Source of the DNA: Phycisphaerales bacterium
GTDB taxonomy: Bacteria > Planctomycetota > Phycisphaerae > Phycisphaerales > UBA1924
Length of the DNA stretch: 64,000 nucleotides
Assembly: GCA_046156035.1 (NCBI GenBank)
Contig: JBJXEW010000016.1
Coordinates: 15,185-79,184 of the forward strand
Direction of reading: 5' to 3'
The translations under genes and the position numbers were made by a program. Of the stretch, positions 1 through 5,523 are shown in pieces; within the stretch, counting starts at the first letter, position 1; each line of letters opens with the position of its first letter. The notes below the pieces were generated by a model, which was not told the DNA's origin, made no database searches, and saw nothing but the letters and a program-made list of their open reading frames with translations.

Positions 1-979
1 GGTCGATTTCGAGCGAGCGCAGGCTCGATGCATCGATGAGCAGCCGGTCGCCGGGCTGTTCTCGCTTGGGTGGGCGTAGGTGCAAGAGCGCGGGACCAGT
101 GCCCCCCCCCCCACCGCCACCCGCCTCCTCGCGCGGCACCTGCGTCGCGAGCAGATAGCGCACAATGACACCGGCAGGGATGGCCAGAGCATCTTCATCG
201 CCCAGACCGAACGCCGCGAGCGTGGCGACACCAAACTGTTTGAGAAGGGCCTCGCGTGATTCGCCCAAGCGAAACTGCCACTGCGGGCGGGGCGTGCCGG
301 GCAGGCCCAGGGCGCTGAGCACCCCCGCGAGGCGGGGCGGGGGCTTCATGTCGGCGGTCTCGGCGTACAGCACCTCGCTGATGCCGCGGCGGGAGAGTTC
401 GTCTACGAGGGCTTCGGCGGGGCAGGAAAAGACGGTGATCTCGCCGGTGGAGAGTTCAGCAACCGCCACCGCAGCGATCTGCCCGGCGTGGGCTGACGGA
501 GGCAGCGAGTGCGTGCCGTTGCGGCGGCCCGCGGGCGTGGCCGCATCCGGTGGGAAGCAGACGCAGGCGAGGTGGTTTGGGCGGTCGTCGCTGAGGAGCG
601 ACTGATCGATGAGCGTGCCGGGCGTGAGGATGCGGGTCACAGCCCGCTCAACGATCTGGCCCGCCTTCACATCGGCCACGTCCTGCACCTGCTCGCAGAC
701 GGCCACGCGAAAGCCCGCCGCGATGAAGCGGCGGAGGTATGTATCGAGTTGGTGATAGGGCACGCCCGCCATGGGCACGCCCGCGGTGCGCTGCGTCAGC
801 GTGAGGCCGATGGCCTTGTGGGCCTTGACCGCATCGTCATCGAACATCTCGTAGAAGTCGCCGATGCGGAAGAGCAGGAGGCAGTCCGGATGGCGTTCCT
901 TGAAGCGCGCGTGCTGCCGCATCGCGGGCGTGTCGCGCGGGTCGGCGGCTTTTTTGGCCGGCGGTGGCGTGGGGGGCAT
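1..979 (-). CDS. mutS: DNA mismatch repair protein MutS, N-terminal ~326 codons (gene runs off the left edge)
   Basis: Absent from the ORF track because it has no stop in the window. Manual reverse-strand translation from ATG 979-977 gives MPPTPPPAKKAADPRDTPAMRQHARFKERHPDCLLLFRIGDFYEMFDDDAVKAHKAIGLTLTQRTAGVPMAGVPYHQLDTYLRRFIAAGFRVAVCEQV..., the canonical MutS mismatch-binding domain I. Confidence 0.9.
   Translation of the reverse strand, partial: MPPTPPPAKKAADPRDTPAMRQHARFKERHPDCLLLFRIGDFYEMFDDDAVKAHKAIGLTLTQRTAGVPMAGVPYHQLDTYLRRFIAAGFRVAVCEQVQDVADVKAGQIVERAVTRILTPGTLIDQSLLSDDRPNHLACVCFPPDAATPAGRRNGTHSLPPSAHAGQIAAVAVAELSTGEITVFSCPAEALVDELSRRGISEVLYAETADMKPPPRLAGVLSALGLPGTPRPQWQFRLGESREALLKQFGVATLAAFGLGDEDALAIPAGVIVRYLLATQVPREEAGGGGGGGTGPALLHLRPPKREQPGDRLLIDASSLRSLEID
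102..112. repeat. C11/G11 mononucleotide tract inside the mutS reading frame
   Basis: Counted directly: g101 followed by 11 consecutive C (102-112). On the coding strand it reads GGT GGC GGT GGG GGG GGG GGC, a Gly7 run in ...QVPREEAGGGGGGGTGPALL... Confidence 0.9.
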
Positions 980-1073
980 CTGGCCAGAGGATAAGCGAGG
1001 CACGGGGTGCATGTGCCAGCGGGTATGGCCGCGAGCAACGCCAGACTCACACCAAGCCCATGCGGCAAAGGCA

Positions 1074-1107
1074 CGCCCACCCCCCGCCCCCTCCCTCTGG
1101 GAGGGGG
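1074..1107. repeat. Solo copy of the inverted-repeat arm that flanks the DUF559 cassette at 43021-43538
   Basis: CGCCCACCCCCCGCCCCCTCCCTCTGGGAGGGGG matches 43505-43538 at 33 of 34 positions. It contains the hairpin CCCTCCC-TCT-GGGAGGG and lies between the stop of the 1139-1876 gene and the mutS start. Confidence 0.8.
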
Positions 1108-1138
1108 TGTAAAGGCAGCGGCGCACCACCACCCCCTG

Positions 1139-1876
1139 TCACGCCGCGAGGGGGCGGGAGAAGAGCGTCTGGGTCCGTGCGGGTTGCCCGATCGCTTCTG
1201 CGAGCGCGAGGACGGCCGCACAGTCTGCCCGCTTCCACCAGCCCAGGCGGCGGACATCTCGCTCGATGGCGGCCACCGGCACGACCTCGTGCACGCGGGT
1301 GCGAAGGTCGGCACGCCCGCCGAGTTGCCAGAGAAGCACCGCCGCGTCGATGGGTGAGGCACCGCCTTCCTCATTCCCCCCAGCACCACCGGCCCCACTC
1401 CCCCCACCCCACACGCGGCCGCCGCTTGCCGCGCCCGCGGCCTGCGCGGTGTGGGGGGGAAAGGACTGGGCGAGCAGCCAGGTGCTCGCGCGCAGGGACG
1501 ATTCGATGCGTTCGGCAAGCGGCGCGGCCAGACCGCGCCCGCAGTCGTTGGCTTGGCGGGCGAGGTCGCCAAGGCCCGCCATGGCGACCGCCACGGCAGA
1601 GCCGCAGGGCCGGTTGGAAGACGCGGCTCGCGCGGCGAGGTGAATCTGGTCGCACAGGCGTGCCGCGGCCTCCAGAGCCTCGGCCGTGGGCGCGTAGGTG
1701 AGTTCGGTCATGCGTTGGAGGGCAAGGCCCAGCGCGGCCACGGTGGCTGAGGGTGCCTCGCTGAGCCGCAGGCGAACGGACAAGGGCAAAGGCCGCCCGT
1801 TGGCCGCGAGGGCGTCGATCAGGGCCTCCCACTGGCCGGTGTCCGCGAGACGCTCGATCTTTCGGATGTTCAACAT
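1139..1876 (-). CDS. hypothetical protein (245 aa)
   Basis: ORF 1139..1906 trimmed to ATG 1876 (MLNIRKIERLADTGQWEALIDAL...), which has AAGGAGCA 6 nt upstream. No family recognised. Confidence 0.6.
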   Translation of the reverse strand: MLNIRKIERLADTGQWEALIDALAANGRPLPLSVRLRLSEAPSATVAALGLALQRMTELTYAPTAEALEAAARLCDQIHLAARAASSNRPCGSAVAVAMAGLGDLARQANDCGRGLAAPLAERIESSLRASTWLLAQSFPPHTAQAAGAASGGRVWGGGSGAGGAGGNEEGGASPIDAAVLLWQLGGRADLRTRVHEVVPVAAIERDVRRLGWWKRADCAAVLALAEAIGQPARTQTLFSRPLAA

Positions 1877-2023
1877 GACTTGCTCCTTGGAACGCCAAAC
1901 CACCAACCCCTGAATCCCACGCCGTCCTCAGCCCGCCCTTGCGCCTCGCCTGCTTAGTTGTACGAGGATTTCGGCTGTTTGGCACGTCAAAAGACTGCCT
2001 TTGTTTGGAGAACCGAACCCTTA

Positions 2024-2065
2024 CTGACAGGACGCTGTCAGTGGCGACTGACAGCGCCATGTCAG
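2024..2065. promoter_or_regulatory. Two tandem 18-bp palindromes CTGACA-N6-TGTCAG (candidate operator pair) in the divergent region upstream of pilT
   Basis: 2024-2041 is CTGACAggacgcTGTCAG and 2048-2065 is CTGACAgcgccaTGTCAG, with centres 24 bp apart. They lie in a locally less GC-rich 376-bp divergent intergenic region. Confidence 0.45.
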
Positions 2066-2251
2066 GGGTGGGCCCCGGGAGGTACCGATGGTCCCGACGC
2101 GGCCGGTTGTGCGGGTTGGCGAAGGGCCGCGGCGCGGGGAGGCTGTGCCGCGAAGGCGGGGACACGTGCGAGCACATTGGCCTTGCGGCGCGGGTGTGGC
2201 ACGTCGATCAACTCAGGGTTCGGGGTCTTCCTGCACCGGGAGGGGTTTGCC

Positions 2252-3307
2252 ATGCAACTCATCGACATTCTCAAGGCCGCGTACGAGGCTGACGCGTCGG
2301 ACATTCACCTGGTGGCCGGGCACGCGCCCGTGATGCGGGTGCACACGGTGGTGTCGCCGCTGGACATGCCCGTGCTCTCGGCGGAAGTCTGCATGGGGTT
2401 CGTGAAGGAGATGGCCCCCAAGGAAGCCTTCGCCCGCTTCGAGCAGAACAAGGACGCCGACTTCTCGTTCTTCGCGCAGGGCATCGCCCGCTACCGCGTG
2501 AACGCCCACATGCAGCGCGGCGCGGCGGCCCTGGCCCTGCGCATCGTGAAGACCAAGGTGCCGCCCTTGGAGAAACTGAACCTGCCGGACGTGATTGCGC
2601 GGCTGACCTACCTGCCACGCGGCTTGGTGCTGGTGACGGGCGACACGGGCAGCGGCAAGAGCACGACGCTGGCGGCGATGATCCAGAGCATGAACGAGCG
2701 CTACAACAAGCACATCATCACCCTGGAAGACCCGGTGGAGTACACGTTCCAGAGCCAGACGTCGCTGATCGAGCAGCGCGAACTGGGGCAAGACATGCCC
2801 AGTTTCGCCTCGGCCCTCAAGCACGCGCTGCGGCAGGACCCGGACATCATCCTGGTGGGTGAGATGCGCGACCTGGAGACGACGGCGCTGGCCATCACGG
2901 CGGCGGAGACGGGCCACCTGGTGCTGAGCACGCTGCACACGGTGAGCGCGAGCCAGACGGTGGAGCGCATCATCGACATGTACCCGGCCAACCAGCAGAA
3001 TCAGATCCGCTCGATGCTCGCCAACACGCTGCAGGCGGTGGTGAGCCAGACGCTCTTCTCGAGGATCGATGCCCCGGGCATGGTGCCCGCTGTGGAGGTG
3101 CTGCTGTGCACGCCCGCGGTGCGCAACCTGATCCGCGAGGCCCGGACGTTCGAGATTCCCAACGTGATCGAGACGAGCAAGGCCCTGGGGATGACAACGC
3201 TCGACAAGAGCATCGCGGAGTTGTATTTCAACGGGATGATCAGCCGCGACGATGCGATCGCTTCTTCCACCATGCCCGACAAACTGGAGCGGCTGCTCGC
3301 CGCCTGA
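2252..3307 (+). CDS. pilT: type IV pilus twitching-motility (retraction-type) ATPase PilT
   Basis: 351 aa from ATG 2252 (GGGAGGGG RBS). Walker A GDTGSGKST, Walker B DPDIILVGEMRD, His box TGHLVLSTLHT, and PilT-specific AVRNLIRE motif. The N-terminal extension of ORF 1958.. has no family similarity. Confidence 0.9.
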   Translation: MQLIDILKAAYEADASDIHLVAGHAPVMRVHTVVSPLDMPVLSAEVCMGFVKEMAPKEAFARFEQNKDADFSFFAQGIARYRVNAHMQRGAAALALRIVKTKVPPLEKLNLPDVIARLTYLPRGLVLVTGDTGSGKSTTLAAMIQSMNERYNKHIITLEDPVEYTFQSQTSLIEQRELGQDMPSFASALKHALRQDPDIILVGEMRDLETTALAITAAETGHLVLSTLHTVSASQTVERIIDMYPANQQNQIRSMLANTLQAVVSQTLFSRIDAPGMVPAVEVLLCTPAVRNLIREARTFEIPNVIETSKALGMTTLDKSIAELYFNGMISRDDAIASSTMPDKLERLLAA

Positions 3308-3312
3308 GGGCA

Positions 3313-3439
3313 GGCACTGGGCATCGGGCACTGGGCACTGGTGTTCCGGTCCTGATGCCTTGCGTGTGCCGCAGATCCCCTCGTTTAACCGTTTCGCCTC
3401 GTGATCCTCCCCAGTGCCTAGTGCCCAGTCCCCAGTGCC
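3313..3439. repeat. Family A element: inverted pair of 29-nt arms built from (GCACTGG)-like heptamers, between pilT and pilC
   Basis: Left arm 3313-3341 is GGCACTGGGCATCGGGCACTGGGCACTGG. Right arm 3411-3439 is CCAGTGCCTAGTGCCCAGTCCCCAGTGCC, an imperfect reverse complement. Spacer is 69 nt. The left arm is 29/29 identical to the reverse complement of 17926-17954. Confidence 0.85.
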
Positions 3440-3454
3440 TTCCGCTTCTTCATC

Positions 3455-4681
3455 ATGCCCCTTTACCGCTACACAATCCGAACCACCGGCGGGCAGGCAC
3501 AGACCGGCACGGTGACGGCCGAGTCCATCGCCACGGCGGCCACGGTGCTGCGCAACCAGGGCGCGCACGTGCTGTCGATCTCGCCGCTGAAGGATGCGCT
3601 CATCAGTTCAGGCCTTGCGGCGCGGATCAAGGAACTCAACGCCGGCAAACCCAAGGCCAAGCACGTTCTGGACTTCACCACGCAGTTGGCGGTGATGATG
3701 CGTGCCGGCATCAATCTGCGTGCCGCGCTTGACGGGATCGCCGAGCAGACCGAGCACCCCAACTTCAAGAAGGTGATTCTGGCGATCAAGGGCGACGTGG
3801 AGGCGGGCAAGCAATTCTCGGCGGCGCTGCAGCGGCACCCGCGTCTGTTCGGGCCGCTGTACATCCACATGGTGCGCGCGTCGGAGATGTCGGGCGCGTT
3901 CGCCCAGATGCTCGACCGCATCGCCGGGTACATCGGCCAGGAGATCGAGACACGCAAGATGGTGATCGGCGCGGCGATCTACCCCGGCGTGATCGGCACC
4001 ATGGCGGTGGGCGTGACGGTCTTTCTGCTCACGTTCGTGCTGCCCAAGTTCAAGGCGGTGTTCGCGGGCAAGGAGGACGTGCTTCCGGGGCCAACCAAGT
4101 TCCTGCTGGGCCTGTCGGAACTCATGGTGGCGCAGTGGCCCCTGATCCTGGGAGCGGTCATGCTCGCCATCGGCGGGCTGTACGCGTTCAGCCGGACCGC
4201 CGTGGGCTCGTTCTGGATCGACAAGATGAAACTCACGATCCCGATCCTTCGCACGATGTTCCGCTCGCTGTACATCAGCCGGTCTCTCCAGACCATGGGC
4301 CAGTTGGTGAACGCGGGCGTGCCGATGCTGGACACGCTGGCGATCACCGGCGACATCTCGGGCAACACGTTCTACCGCAACCTGTGGAAGAGCGTGTACA
4401 CGAACGTGAAGCAGGGCAAAAAGATCGCCCAGCCGCTGCAGAAGAGCCCGCTCTTGCCGCAGAGTGTGGTGCAGATGATCTCGGCGGGTGAAGAGTCCGG
4501 AAAACTGGGCGAGGTGCTCGACGAGATCTCGGTGTACTACGCCAAGCAGTTAAAGGACCACATCAAGACGGTTACCAGCATGATCGAGCCCATCATGATC
4601 GTCATGATGGGATCGGTCGTCGGTTTCATCGCCATGGCGATCATTCTGCCCATCTTCAAGATGAGCCAGATCGTAAAGTGA
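3455..4681 (+). CDS. pilC: type II secretion system F family / type IV pilus platform protein (PilC/GspF)
   Basis: 408 aa with a cytoplasmic N-domain. Hydrophobic segments are AAIYPGVIGTMAVGVTVFLLTFVLP, WPLILGAVMLAIGGLYAF and IEPIMIVMMGSVVGFIAMAIILPIF. The duplicated GspF-type architecture ends ...ILPIFKM. Confidence 0.85.
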   Translation: MPLYRYTIRTTGGQAQTGTVTAESIATAATVLRNQGAHVLSISPLKDALISSGLAARIKELNAGKPKAKHVLDFTTQLAVMMRAGINLRAALDGIAEQTEHPNFKKVILAIKGDVEAGKQFSAALQRHPRLFGPLYIHMVRASEMSGAFAQMLDRIAGYIGQEIETRKMVIGAAIYPGVIGTMAVGVTVFLLTFVLPKFKAVFAGKEDVLPGPTKFLLGLSELMVAQWPLILGAVMLAIGGLYAFSRTAVGSFWIDKMKLTIPILRTMFRSLYISRSLQTMGQLVNAGVPMLDTLAITGDISGNTFYRNLWKSVYTNVKQGKKIAQPLQKSPLLPQSVVQMISAGEESGKLGEVLDEISVYYAKQLKDHIKTVTSMIEPIMIVMMGSVVGFIAMAIILPIFKMSQIVK

Positions 4682-4733
4682 AGGCGGCAGGGTCTGGTTC
4701 GGCCCCCCGACGCGGGGCAGTTTGAGGAAAGCC

Positions 4734-5444
4734 ATGCGACCCGCGCCCTCCAACCTTCGCTCGATCGCTCCGGTCGGCGTGCCCGCGCCTCCACGCGGCC
4801 TGTACGCCGGTGCGACGGCGTTCACGCTGCTGGAGACTGCGCTGGCCACGGTCATTCTGGCCGTGGGCATCCTGGCGCTGATCGAGGCGCAGGGCTCGTT
4901 CACGCGCCTGAACGATTTCTCAAGCAACGCGGCGACCGCCAGTTATCTCGCCGGCGAACTGCGCGAACGGATGCGGCCGCTGCCCCGGCACGACGCCGTG
5001 ACGGGCCTGTACTCGAGCACCAGCGGCGGGCAGCCCACGCTGGTCGGGTGGGGCCGCGAGACCGGGGAGACCACTCCCGCAGACCTCGACGACCTGGACG
5101 ACTACGACGGCGCAACGTTCGGAACCGGCGGCACCTTCGCCGGACCGATCGACGCCACCGGGCGCGTGCTGCCTGAACTGAACAACGCGGGCGAAGCCCT
5201 GATGACCAACGGCGTGCAGGTGAACATGCGCGGCTGGTCGCAGACGGTGTCGGTGGAGAAGGTCGATCCGCGCAACTTCGCCACCGTGCGGGGCGACGGC
5301 TATGCCGTGGCCGCGACCGGCGGCACGCCGGCCATCACCGTCGATCAGTTCCCGCTGCGGGTCACGCTCGTGGTGAGTTTCACGGCCCCGGGAGCGACGA
5401 GCGCGGAAGAGATGGCCCGGGTCGTCTTCATCGTGCCGCCCTGA
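4734..5444 (+). CDS. prepilin-type N-terminal cleavage/methylation domain protein (pseudopilin/minor pilin-like)
   Basis: ATG 4734 preceded by GAGGAAA. It has a long leader, then ...GATA/FTLLETALATVILAVGILALIE (F-T-L-L-E with Glu at +5, but Ala at -1). Confidence 0.75.
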   Translation: MRPAPSNLRSIAPVGVPAPPRGLYAGATAFTLLETALATVILAVGILALIEAQGSFTRLNDFSSNAATASYLAGELRERMRPLPRHDAVTGLYSSTSGGQPTLVGWGRETGETTPADLDDLDDYDGATFGTGGTFAGPIDATGRVLPELNNAGEALMTNGVQVNMRGWSQTVSVEKVDPRNFATVRGDGYAVAATGGTPAITVDQFPLRVTLVVSFTAPGATSAEEMARVVFIVPP

Positions 5445-5446
5445 GG

Positions 5447-5516
5447 AGACGCCAGACTTCAGACGCCAGTCAGGACCAAGCAACAAGCACTCAGGACCGA
5501 TTCGGAGGCACAGGAC
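5447..5516. repeat. Short direct word repeats filling the pseudopilin / PilX_N-gene spacer
   Basis: AGACGCCAG at 5447-5455 and 5461-5469. TCAGGACC at 5470-5477 and 5491-5498. CAGGAC again at 5511-5516. Confidence 0.6.
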
Positions 5517-5523
5517 ACGCACA

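Noticed and set aside
1980-1998. Sigma54 promoter upstream of pilT (TGGCAC at 1980-1985)
   Set aside because: The GC dinucleotide required 10 nt downstream of the GG is absent (sequence TGGCACGTCAAAAGAC), so the -24/-12 spacing rule is not met.
1958-2251. N-terminal 98-codon extension of the pilT ORF
   Set aside because: The extension has no similarity to PilT-family N-termini and runs through the palindromic operator region. ATG 2252 has a strong RBS and gives the canonical MQLIDIL... start.
3313-3439. Possible CRISPR array made of the GGCAC-type repeats (also at 8349, 13413, 29504, 42720)
   Set aside because: The units are 7-8 nt and directly abutting, or arranged as inverted arms. There are no 25-40-nt unique spacers, no leader and no cas genes, so these are REP/MITE-like repeats rather than CRISPR.
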